In this document: positions 29,036 to 36,691 of the stretch, in pieces
Layout: every line of letters starts with the position of its first letter
Numbering within the stretch: the first letter of the stretch is position 1
IMG/VR virus record: IMGVR_UViG_3300027902_000001
Span: 1-64,000 of that record
DNA length: 64,000 bases
Source: a virus
Strand: one strand, 5' to 3'
Translations under genes and position numbers: made by a program
Notes under the pieces: generated by a model
Told to the model about the DNA's origin: nothing
Seen by the model: the letters and a program-made list of their open reading frames with translations, nothing else
The model's database searches: none

Positions 29036-29293
29036 TCAATCCGCGAGCCAGAAGCCCGCCTCCTTGTATTCGGCTGCGGTCAGATGCGTGATCTTGGTGG
29101 CCGCGGGGATGCAAAGGCCGAGCGGTCTGTCGTCCAGCCATGTCACCTGATCGGCGCGTACCAGGTCAAGACTGCCGTCGCGGTGCAGATAGGTGATCCG
29201 CATGTCGGGCCATTCCGACGCGCTGACGCGCCGGCCAAAGATCGGTTGGCGTGACCGCATGTCGCGGTCGTCGCGATGGGTAGTGGTTTTCAT
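29036..29293 (-). CDS. Hypothetical protein
   Basis: AAGGAG RBS with CATAC motif. Confidence 0.5.
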   Translation of the reverse strand: MKTTTHRDDRDMRSRQPIFGRRVSASEWPDMRITYLHRDGSLDLVRADQVTWLDDRPLGLCIPAATKITHLTAAEYKEAGFWLAD

Positions 29294-29320
29294 TTCTTCT
29301 CCTTGAGTAGTATGCGCGCC

Positions 29321-30103
29321 TCAGCGCGCCAGTCCGAGCCGTGACGCGATGTAGACCCACGTCGCACGGCGTAGTTGCTTGCCGACCACAGCCAGCAGCG
29401 GCGCGTCGTCCGGCGTGCGCGTGTGCTGGAGCAACTCGAAGGCCAGTTGCCGGGGCAGCGGACCCAGCGGCGACTTGGGATCGACGATCACATTCGCCAG
29501 CAGCGAGGGCACCAGGTAGCCCTCCGCGATGTGCGACTGGATGTGATCGTTTTGGGTGGTATCGCCCCAGGTTTGACCGTCCTCGTTCACCATGCAGCAG
29601 TACCAGCAATCGCCGCTACCGGGTGCGGGCAGGCTGCCGGCTAGCAGTGCGTCCACCAGATGCTTGACGTAGGCTTTGGCGTCCTTGGTCAACTGCGCCT
29701 GGCGATCAGCGGCATCCTGGTTGACGCCCTCGACGCGGCCGTCCGGGTAGACGGTGCAGCCGTCGGCGAATGAGTAGGAGGGGATGGGCGCTCCCGGTGC
29801 GGAGTAGAAATACAGCCGCCACTGACCCTTCTCTGACCAGACCCGCCAGTGATTGCCGGCCACGGCCAGCCGCAGCACCTTGTTGATGCGATCCTGGGTG
29901 GTCGCGGTGCGCCAGCCGCCGGTGTTGAGCGTGACGCGCCCATCCGGGTAGCAGGCCGCGATGTCGGTGTTATGCAGCACCGCGGCGATGTGCGGGTCCA
30001 CCCCGATAATCCGGCGCACGCGCGTGTTATTACCCCACGCGCGCTCCATTTTGGACTGGCCCGCTTCGATATGGGCCAGCAGTTGCGAGTATGCAGTTTC
30101 CAT
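29321..30103 (-). CDS. Hypothetical phage protein
   Basis: 260 aa; LH.T.I..VTLNTGGW.T.TT..RIN and GDCWYC motifs; AGGAGG RBS. Confidence 0.65.
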   Translation of the reverse strand: METAYSQLLAHIEAGQSKMERAWGNNTRVRRIIGVDPHIAAVLHNTDIAACYPDGRVTLNTGGWRTATTQDRINKVLRLAVAGNHWRVWSEKGQWRLYFYSAPGAPIPSYSFADGCTVYPDGRVEGVNQDAADRQAQLTKDAKAYVKHLVDALLAGSLPAPGSGDCWYCCMVNEDGQTWGDTTQNDHIQSHIAEGYLVPSLLANVIVDPKSPLGPLPRQLAFELLQHTRTPDDAPLLAVVGKQLRRATWVYIASRLGLAR

Positions 30104-30127
30104 GTGATCCTCCTGAGACGGTATGGG

Positions 30128-30349
30128 TTACGCGACGAGTGCGTCCAGTTCGGTTTGCGGCACAGTCTTGGCTTGTGCGCCAGCCAGCCAACGGTTGATG
30201 TGTTTCGACGTGGTTTTGCTGTAAGACTGCCCGGTGCGGATGTACTTGCCGTCAACGTACGCGGCGACCGGCGTGGAGTACGAAAACAGGATCGTCGCGC
30301 GCTCTGTATGTAACTCCGTCTGATTGCTGCCAATGGGTATAAGTTGCAT
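30128..30349 (-). CDS. Conserved small phage protein
   Basis: LFSYSTPVA..YSKTTSKHIN motif. Confidence 0.7.
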   Translation of the reverse strand: MQLIPIGSNQTELHTERATILFSYSTPVAAYVDGKYIRTGQSYSKTTSKHINRWLAGAQAKTVPQTELDALVA

Positions 30350-30358
30350 GGTATCCTC

Positions 30359-30703
30359 CTACAGCAGGTGCGCGCCCAACCGCGCCGCCACGTCGCCCCA
30401 ACAGCCGACGCGGTATGTTTCGGTCAGGTAGTCGTACAGCAGGGTCGTGTCATACGTGTTGCCCTGGTTGACGTAGCTCAGCCTGGGATGGCCTCCCAGG
30501 CGCTTATCCCACACGTACTCGACGCCGTGGCCGTCAATGTCATCGTTGCAGGCTTGCAGGATGCGGTCGCTGCGCGACCAGCCATCAGTCAGGCTGGTAA
30601 CTGGAATCGGCCCGCCGTGGATGTAGTCGCGCAGGCGGGCGGAGGCTTCCCAGGTCATGCCCCGGATGAGCATGAGCCGCTTGGATGATGGTGCTCTAGG
30701 CAT
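30359..30703 (-). CDS. Hypothetical phage protein
   Basis: GHGVE..YVNQGNTYDTT..WGD motif. Confidence 0.6.
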   Translation of the reverse strand: MPRAPSSKRLMLIRGMTWEASARLRDYIHGGPIPVTSLTDGWSRSDRILQACNDDIDGHGVEYVWDKRLGGHPRLSYVNQGNTYDTTLLYDYLTETYRVGCWGDVAARLGAHLL

Positions 30704-30890
30704 GGTTGACGCTCCCGGCCGCGGCGCGACGATCCAGTTCGTCGTCGATGTGGACGGTCTCGGCTTCGTCCTTCAGGATCGCAATTATCTCGGCGGCAGG
30801 CAAGCCTGATGCGTCGATGGCGGCGTGCAAGGCGCGCCGGAAGTTGATCCGTTGCGCGCGCTCCAATGGTGCGGCTTCGATATGATCCAT
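30696..30890 (-). CDS. Hypothetical protein
   Basis: AAGGAGG RBS directly after the hammerhead. Confidence 0.55.
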   Translation of the reverse strand: MDHIEAAPLERAQRINFRRALHAAIDASGLPAAEIIAILKDEAETVHIDDELDRRAAAGSVNHA

Positions 30891-30901
30891 GTGTTTCCTC
30901 C

Positions 30902-30973
30902 TTGACCTGGCTCGTTCAGCGCCGGGCAGTCATCCCCGGTCAGAGCCGCGGCCTCCCGACCGCAGCTTTCGCC
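30902..30973 (-). ncRNA. Type II hammerhead ribozyme (copy B)
   Basis: GGC-GAAA-GCTGCGGTC(GGGA)GGCCGCGGC-TC^TG-A-CCGGG(GATGACTG)CCCGG-CG-CTGAACGA-GCC-AGGTCAA. Confidence 0.8.
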
Positions 30974-30976
30974 TGT

Positions 30977-31195
30977 TCAATCCCCATCATCCTCTTGCTT
31001 GTCACGACCATAGCGATTGCGCAGTACGTAACCGTGGCGGCGTGCATAGGTACGCCAGAAGGCCCGGCTTTGCGCGCCCAGGTCGCCGTGGTAAAACCAT
31101 GACGCGCCCCCATCGGTGGATTGGCTGGCGCAGAAACCATCGCCAAATGGGTCGCCGTTGGGGTAGATTTCAAGGATGTCGGCAGGATTACGCAT
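30977..31195 (-). CDS. Hypothetical protein
   Basis: AAGGAGG RBS. Confidence 0.5.
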   Translation of the reverse strand: MRNPADILEIYPNGDPFGDGFCASQSTDGGASWFYHGDLGAQSRAFWRTYARRHGYVLRNRYGRDKQEDDGD

Positions 31196-31436
31196 GGTTG
31201 GCCTCCTTGGATTTATGCGTGGTCAGGTCGGCGCGACAGTAGCGGCACTCGTGGTAGATAGCGCAGCCGTCCTCCCAACTGACGCCGACCAGTATGGTGC
31301 CGGTCAACTTCTGAAACGGCATACCAGGTGGCACGCGGTCAGCCGGCACGGCCATCATGCCGTAGATCAAGCCCCGGCTCCGATCCTCGTGGTAGGACTC
31401 CCGGCAACCGTCATCGCAGAACTTACGCTGACTCAT
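31188..31436 (-). CDS. Small Cys-rich protein
   Basis: CDDGC and CRYC motifs; GGAGG RBS. Confidence 0.5.
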   Translation of the reverse strand: MSQRKFCDDGCRESYHEDRSRGLIYGMMAVPADRVPPGMPFQKLTGTILVGVSWEDGCAIYHECRYCRADLTTHKSKEANHA

Positions 31437-31438
31437 GG

Positions 31439-31636
31439 TTAGCCTCCGTAGTGCCAGACTTGGGTGCCGACCGGCAGGCGCTTGCACTTGGGTCCGCCAT
31501 GCCAGTCACGCAGGTATGACCGGAACTCCTGCTCGCCGATGGGTTCACGGAACTCGAATGCGCCCAGCGCGTAGGCGTCCAGCGAAAACTTGGCCGACCA
31601 ACGTGCGCTTTTACGGGACATGCTACGCTGGCTCAT
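31439..31636 (-). CDS. Hypothetical protein
   Basis: GGAGG RBS, coupled. Confidence 0.45.
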   Translation of the reverse strand: MSQRSMSRKSARWSAKFSLDAYALGAFEFREPIGEQEFRSYLRDWHGGPKCKRLPVGTQVWHYGG

Positions 31637-33092
31637 GGTTGGCCTCCCGCCACGCGCAGTACATCTTACGCGCCTTGATGTAGATGCTCGGATCGTCGGC
31701 GCAGTATTCCATGACGCCGACCGACAACTCACTGATCTGGTTGGCGTGTTTGCGCGTGCAGTCGCTCGCGCCCTCACTGGCGACGTGGGCCGCCTCATGG
31801 ATGACGACGGTGACGAAGCGTTCCCACGACCACTGGGAGATGTGGTCAGTATTCAGGATGATGCGGGTGGCGTCACCTGCGCCGTCGCACTCGTCCTTGA
31901 GCGCCCGACCCTCGATGGGCGTTTCGACCATGCCGCAACACGCCAGTAGGGTCTGCGCGGCGTGCAGCACCGGCTCCGGGATGGGTTTTTGGAGCGCCTG
32001 TTGCGCCTTGACCGTCACGATTTCGGAGACGTTAGGGATGGCGTCCGTCACCCACGCCGGCGGCGCGTAGTAGCCGGTCAGCACCTTACTGTTGGTCATC
32101 GCCGACGCGTCGGCAATCTGGGCCGCGTCGTCCGCACGCGTGGTGGCCCAGGACAGCTTCTTGAGACCCGCGGTCATCTTGAACTGCTTGACGCCGGCCG
32201 CGACAATGCGGGCCGGGGGCGCTTGCATGAACCGGAACTCCTCCGGTTGCGCGCCGTAGTTGGCGGCGTATTTGAGGACGGCGGCGATAGCGTCGGCGTC
32301 CGCGTAGCGGGCGAAGATTTCGCCGCATTCGGTGCGGACGTGCTCCCAGGAGAAGGCGGCCCGGTCGCGGCCGGGCGATTGGGACACGTTGTAGCTGAGC
32401 GCCAGGTTCCACTGCTCGCCGACCCGTTGGCCGCGACTGTACAACTGGCCGGCTTCGGTGATGATCAGCGGCGAGGACGCCTTGGGTGGCCGGTCGGCCA
32501 GGTTGACGCCGACTGCCGCCAGCTTGCACTGCAAGTGCGGATAGACGGCGTAGTTGAGGCCCGGATGGCGGGCGAAGGCTTCATAGGCGTTGGCCGCGTC
32601 CCGCGCTACGCCCGGCCCGGCATACGACCAGTAGGTGCCGCGGCGGGGCGTGGCAGTCTGGTACACGTCCAGCGTGAGCACCTGCTTGCCTCCGCCGTTA
32701 TAGTTGGCCAGCCGACCGGTCATGAGCCAGTCCTGGGACGCCAGCAGCTTGACGAAACCGCTGCGCGCGGCGACCAAACTGGAGATCATTTCGCCTTCGC
32801 CGTGCTCGCCGACCGTGGCGTCGTCGCCACGCTTGCCGGACTGGCCCAGCAAAAGGATGGTGTCCAGATCGACGCCGCGGCCGCTGTCGGCCAGGGTGAT
32901 GTGGTCGGCGTCGATCACGGTCAGGGCGGGCGCGCACTTGGCCGTCAGGCACTCGTCAAGTTGGTTCTGGACGGATTCCTTGACGGCCTTGGCCGCGTCC
33001 CAATCCGGCACGTAGTCGGCGCTGAGAATGGTCTGGATGGTTTGCGCGTAGGCGTAGGTACGCCCATCCAGGACGATGTTAGTCGGTGACAT
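31623..33092 (-). CDS. GHKL (Hsp90/MORC-like) ATPase fused to a C-terminal HExxH metallopeptidase-like domain
   Basis: KESVQNQLD (N box), DSGRG (G1), GEHGEG (G2), VIHEAAH. Confidence 0.7.
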   Translation of the reverse strand: MSPTNIVLDGRTYAYAQTIQTILSADYVPDWDAAKAVKESVQNQLDECLTAKCAPALTVIDADHITLADSGRGVDLDTILLLGQSGKRGDDATVGEHGEGEMISSLVAARSGFVKLLASQDWLMTGRLANYNGGGKQVLTLDVYQTATPRRGTYWSYAGPGVARDAANAYEAFARHPGLNYAVYPHLQCKLAAVGVNLADRPPKASSPLIITEAGQLYSRGQRVGEQWNLALSYNVSQSPGRDRAAFSWEHVRTECGEIFARYADADAIAAVLKYAANYGAQPEEFRFMQAPPARIVAAGVKQFKMTAGLKKLSWATTRADDAAQIADASAMTNSKVLTGYYAPPAWVTDAIPNVSEIVTVKAQQALQKPIPEPVLHAAQTLLACCGMVETPIEGRALKDECDGAGDATRIILNTDHISQWSWERFVTVVIHEAAHVASEGASDCTRKHANQISELSVGVMEYCADDPSIYIKARKMYCAWREANHEPA

Positions 33093-33399
33093 CGGACTCC
33101 TCCCCTGCTTTGATCTGTGCGGCGCGCACCGCGGCCATACGTGCGGTCATGCGCTTGACGCTGCGCAAGTTGTAACCGAGCGACTCCAGTTCCTCTTTCA
33201 GGTCGGCGTATTCGTTTGGCGCGGCCGGCCTGGTCCAGCCGGTGATGCCAACTGATGCCGCGCCATGCTGACCGACGTGCATGCAGGACAACATCCTGTA
33301 GTAACCATCTGCGATCTCCGGGAACAACGCAATGACATCTCCGTCGCCGTCCTTGAACTTGCGGAAGATGACGGTGGTCTGTGCAGTGTCTTGCTCCAT
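33079..33399 (-). CDS. Conserved phage protein
   Basis: VIFRKF..VIALFP..HVGQH..EY..L.EELESLGY motif. Confidence 0.7.
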   Translation of the reverse strand: MEQDTAQTTVIFRKFKDGDGDVIALFPEIADGYYRMLSCMHVGQHGAASVGITGWTRPAAPNEYADLKEELESLGYNLRSVKRMTARMAAVRAAQIKAGEESDVTD

Positions 33400-33424
33400 A
33401 ATAATCCTCCTGAGAGCGTATGTT

Positions 33425-33585
33425 GGATAGCACCTGACGCGCCATCTTGCTGCGCGTCCATGAGGGCCGGCGGGGGAACGATCCCCGCGTACAGTCTTGG
33501 CAGACCGCTGCACCAGCATCAGCCCATGCGCGCATGGTTGGTTCGGCCTGGTAAGCCGCCGACCATGCGCAGACACCCATTGACC
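33425..33585 (-). ncRNA. Candidate structured intergenic RNA
   Basis: Four to five GC-rich helices including a multiloop. Confidence 0.4.
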
Positions 33586-33640
33586 GTGATCCTCCTTGGT
33601 TAGTATGCTGCCGCGGCGCATTACCCCGCCAGTGACCCGC

Positions 33641-33949
33641 CTAGTTCGGTCGCGCCAGGTCCAGCGCGACGTGTTCGGCCTGGGCTGGCGTGATGCTGTC
33701 CAGGCCGGCGACGATGCGGTCGGTATGCTCGTCCTCGTGCCGGGTCGCGTGACGCTTGCGCGTGACGACCACTCTGCCGCAACACGTATGGGCCGTCCAG
33801 ACACACGGCATGGCGTAGATGCGGGCGTGTTCTTCGGCCAGTTGGATGGCATACGCCAACATGTCCGTCACGCCGTCGAAGGCGTCCGGGTCAATGTCAG
33901 CGCAGGTGCCGACCGTGAAAGTGTACTTGTCGGTGACGAGCTTAGTCAT
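33641..33949 (-). CDS. Hypothetical protein
   Basis: GGAGG RBS, coupled. Confidence 0.5.
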   Translation of the reverse strand: MTKLVTDKYTFTVGTCADIDPDAFDGVTDMLAYAIQLAEEHARIYAMPCVWTAHTCCGRVVVTRKRHATRHEDEHTDRIVAGLDSITPAQAEHVALDLARPN

Positions 33950-34211
33950 GGGATACCTCCATTGCGTCATCCAGCGCCGCCTGTTGCGTCGCGACATGCG
34001 CGTTGATTGCATCCTGCACGTGACCGGATTTGAGTGCCGCGAACGCGCGCAGACACTTCAGGTGGTCGTGGCACTCGGCGACTATCCTGGCAATGGCTAT
34101 CCCAAAGGTTAGCGGGTTGCGCGGAGTTCGGGCTGTGCGCTGACTTTCGATGCGTAGCGCACGGAGAATTTCGATCTTCTGGTTGTACTGCTCATTGGTC
34201 ATACTTGGCAT
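33942..34211 (-). CDS. Hypothetical protein
   Basis: AGGAGG RBS directly after the hammerhead. Confidence 0.55.
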   Translation of the reverse strand: MPSMTNEQYNQKIEILRALRIESQRTARTPRNPLTFGIAIARIVAECHDHLKCLRAFAALKSGHVQDAINAHVATQQAALDDAMEVSHD

Positions 34212-34225
34212 GGGATACCTCCTGC

Positions 34226-34297
34226 TTGACCTGCCTCATTCAGCGCCGGACAGTCATCTCCGGGCAGACCGGACGCGCCTGGCGTCCGGTTTCGGCA
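34226..34297 (-). ncRNA. Type II hammerhead ribozyme (copy A)
   Basis: TGCC-GAAA-CCGGACGC(CAGGC)GCGTCCGG-TC^TG-C-CCGGA(GATGACTG)TCCGG-CG-CTGAATGA-GGCA-GGTCAA. Confidence 0.82.
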
Positions 34298-34299
34298 CG

Positions 34300-34416
34300 T
34301 TACTGCGCGCCGGCCAGCGCGTCGCGCAGCGCGCTGAGCCACGACCGCCACGGCCAGCGGACGCCGATGCCGTGACGGGAGACGAGAATACCTGAACGGG
34401 AAAAGGTGATGGTCAT
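34300..34416 (-). CDS. Small protein (38 aa)
   Basis: AGGAGG RBS; start MTITFSR. Confidence 0.45.
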   Translation of the reverse strand: MTITFSRSGILVSRHGIGVRWPWRSWLSALRDALAGAQ

Positions 34417-34426
34417 GGGATACCTC

Positions 34427-34756
34427 CTAGTATTCGCAGACCAGATAGACGTAGCGCCAGTTACGACCGGCCGCGGTTGGCGGTTGTATGTGGCATGGCC
34501 AGCGACCACGGCGCAGCAACTTCTTGACAGTCGCCGGCGGGATGGCGTGACGGAAGTCTTGCTCCGTCCACACCAGTTCCCACACCGGCTGCCCCAACCA
34601 GGCCAGTTGGGCGTAGTAGTTACCACCCGCATAGTCGCCATCTTGCCAGCAGTCCTGCGCCATGCTCTGCATAACGGACGGCGAAAGCAGGTGCTCGCAT
34701 TCGGTTACGATATGCTCGCTGGTCGTTCCCTGATGGATCGTGTAACGCTTGAGCAT
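34427..34756 (-). CDS. Hypothetical protein
   Basis: ORF in the early array. Confidence 0.5.
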   Translation of the reverse strand: MLKRYTIHQGTTSEHIVTECEHLLSPSVMQSMAQDCWQDGDYAGGNYYAQLAWLGQPVWELVWTEQDFRHAIPPATVKKLLRRGRWPCHIQPPTAAGRNWRYVYLVCEY

Positions 34757-34767
34757 TAGACACCATC

Positions 34768-35055
34768 CTAAGCCAGATACAGACCACAGATCACGTGGTC
34801 GGTGTCAAGCGCGCCCCATTCCTCGCGCGGATAGCGGAGAAGCACCGCGCTGAAGTAGGTGTCGACCACCCGCATGTCCCAGCCGGCGAGGCTGGATTGC
34901 TCCATGTCGTGCAGGTCATAGCACCAACCCTTGTAACGCACGAACGCGCCGGGGTCGGCCGGGTCATGGTAGTCCAACTCAGCTTGTTCGCGCGGCGTGA
35001 GTTGGTTCCAGTCCAGCACCAAGCGCGGGTGCCGGTTCGTAATGATCTTCGGCAT
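34768..35055 (-). CDS. Conserved phage protein
   Basis: IITN.H.R....W..LT.FVRYKG..Y..GWD..D.YFS motif. Confidence 0.65.
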   Translation of the reverse strand: MPKIITNRHPRLVLDWNQLTPREQAELDYHDPADPGAFVRYKGWCYDLHDMEQSSLAGWDMRVVDTYFSAVLLRYPREEWGALDTDHVICGLYLA

Positions 35056-35084
35056 CTTACCCTCCTACTCCGTGAGACGTATGG

Positions 35085-35297
35085 TTAGTTGTACACGTAC
35101 TCGACCGGCGTCAGCAGCAGCCAATACTTCTGGTTGCGCAACTGCGCCAGCGCCGCCTTGGTCGCCTTGGCGCGGGGGTTCTGACCCCGCACCGTCACGG
35201 ACGCGCTGAACATGCGTTCCTTGCCGGTTACGGCGTCAATGCCGAGCACTTGCGCCCGGCAGGTGCAAACCACCTTGGAACTGTTGGCCTTAGACAT
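35085..35297 (-). CDS. Hypothetical protein
   Basis: GGAGG RBS; start MSKANS. Confidence 0.5.
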   Translation of the reverse strand: MSKANSSKVVCTCRAQVLGIDAVTGKERMFSASVTVRGQNPRAKATKAALAQLRNQKYWLLLTPVEYVYN

Positions 35298-35404
35298 GGG
35301 ATACCTCCGTTCCTGAGCGTGTATGGATGAACGCAACTCTTGGCTCACAGCCAAGCCTCTGACCGCGCCCGCGCGTGGCCAGAAGTCTGACCGGGAACGT
35401 ATGG

Positions 35405-35545
35405 TTACGCCCGCGCCGCCCGTAAGTACATGGACGCCAGCGCCAGGAATGCACCGGCCAGCGCGTAGTAACCCGATTCGATCTCCCACAGCGCCATATC
35501 CAGCGCCCGTGCCGTACAGCCCAAGAAATACAGACGATCTTTCAT
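35405..35545 (-). CDS. Small hydrophobic protein (46 aa)
   Basis: GGAGG RBS plus CATAC motif; MKDRLYFLG... Confidence 0.45.
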   Translation of the reverse strand: MKDRLYFLGCTARALDMALWEIESGYYALAGAFLALASMYLRAARA

Positions 35546-35569
35546 GGTATCCTCCCCAAGATGTATGGT

Positions 35570-35885
35570 TACTTGCCCGGAACGTAGGGTTACTTGCTAC
35601 TCATGGTCATAACGTGGCGCGGTATTATCCTTACCAGTTGCCCGCTACCTGACGCGGTCTGTCATCCCGCGACGTTTTACGACGCCCGCGCTACCAGCTT
35701 CGGATATGGCGGCTGACTCTAGGCTGGATCGCACGCTATGACCATGCAGGAGACTAACTCCCACCCCCGACTGACCCTCCACATCAGCCGGGACGCGACG
35801 GGCACTTGAGGGATTCCCGTCAAATTCTTACCGATTGCTTGAGTTGCTCGCCGGCCATCCGACACGTGCCGTCTGAGAACAACAC
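35570..35885 (-). ncRNA. Candidate structured non-coding RNA
   Basis: 15-bp long-range helix 35602-35616/35732-35746 plus several hairpins; no convincing ORF. Confidence 0.5.
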
Positions 35886-36038
35886 CTAGGCGACTTTCCC
35901 ACTGATGAGCGGTCCAAAGTTGTCGTAGGCGTAACGCATCCCCGCCGCATACGTCTCAAACAGCCCCAGGGTAACGCGCTCAAATCCGCCGCTTACCATG
36001 CCAGTGTGGTACACAAGAACTGCGTCCATCTTCTCCAT
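35886..36038 (-). CDS. Small protein (50 aa)
   Basis: AGGAGG RBS plus CATAC motif; MEKMDAVLVY... Confidence 0.5.
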   Translation of the reverse strand: MEKMDAVLVYHTGMVSGGFERVTLGLFETYAAGMRYAYDNFGPLISGKVA

Positions 36039-36071
36039 GATGATCCTCCTGGTGATGTATGGTGATGGCGC

Positions 36072-36269
36072 TTACGCCGGTAGCTCTATCCAGTATGCGC
36101 ACAGCATGGTGATGACCAACGACATGATGTAGATGTTCACAGCCGTCCCCGTACTTGCTACCGCTTGGGACAGCCGGTTGATCTCGGCGCGCACTTGCTT
36201 GGCGTCCCCATGCGTTTCGGCCATGATCTCGTCAAAATACTGCTTTGCTTCCGCCCTGTACGCTTCCAT
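36072..36269 (-). CDS. Hypothetical protein
   Basis: AGGAGG RBS; start MEAYRAE. Confidence 0.5.
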   Translation of the reverse strand: MEAYRAEAKQYFDEIMAETHGDAKQVRAEINRLSQAVASTGTAVNIYIMSLVITMLCAYWIELPA

Positions 36270-36691
36270 GATAACCCTCCTATGGATGTATGTTTTGGTG
36301 ATGTATGTTTGACCTACATCGGTTATACCTACATCGTCACGCATAACATAGGTTTGAGTGATGTAGGGTCGCCGTCTGCTTTTTCTGCCAGTTGTATCCG
36401 AAATGTATGGTTGTACCGATACAATCATACACTCGTTACGTCATCCAATCACTAGACTTCTGTCAACTCCCGGATCGTTTCCGTGAGACGTATGTTACGG
36501 TCACGGCTTTGCATAAGTCGCCGTATTCCGTGGGACGTATGCAAAGCTCTGGTCGCAACTGTCAACGTTGGATGACACCGTTGCGCCGCAAGGCGCGACC
36601 TGCGGCTGCGCGGCTGTCCAAAAAGGCGCCTTGCAATAGCAGTCTATCATGGTAGTTTGACGCGGTGCATACTGGCGTATCACCTATCACC

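Noticed and set aside
35900-35912. CTGATGAG on the + strand resembling a hammerhead core
   Set aside because: No GAAA or flanking stems; it lies within a - strand 50-aa ORF that has a good RBS
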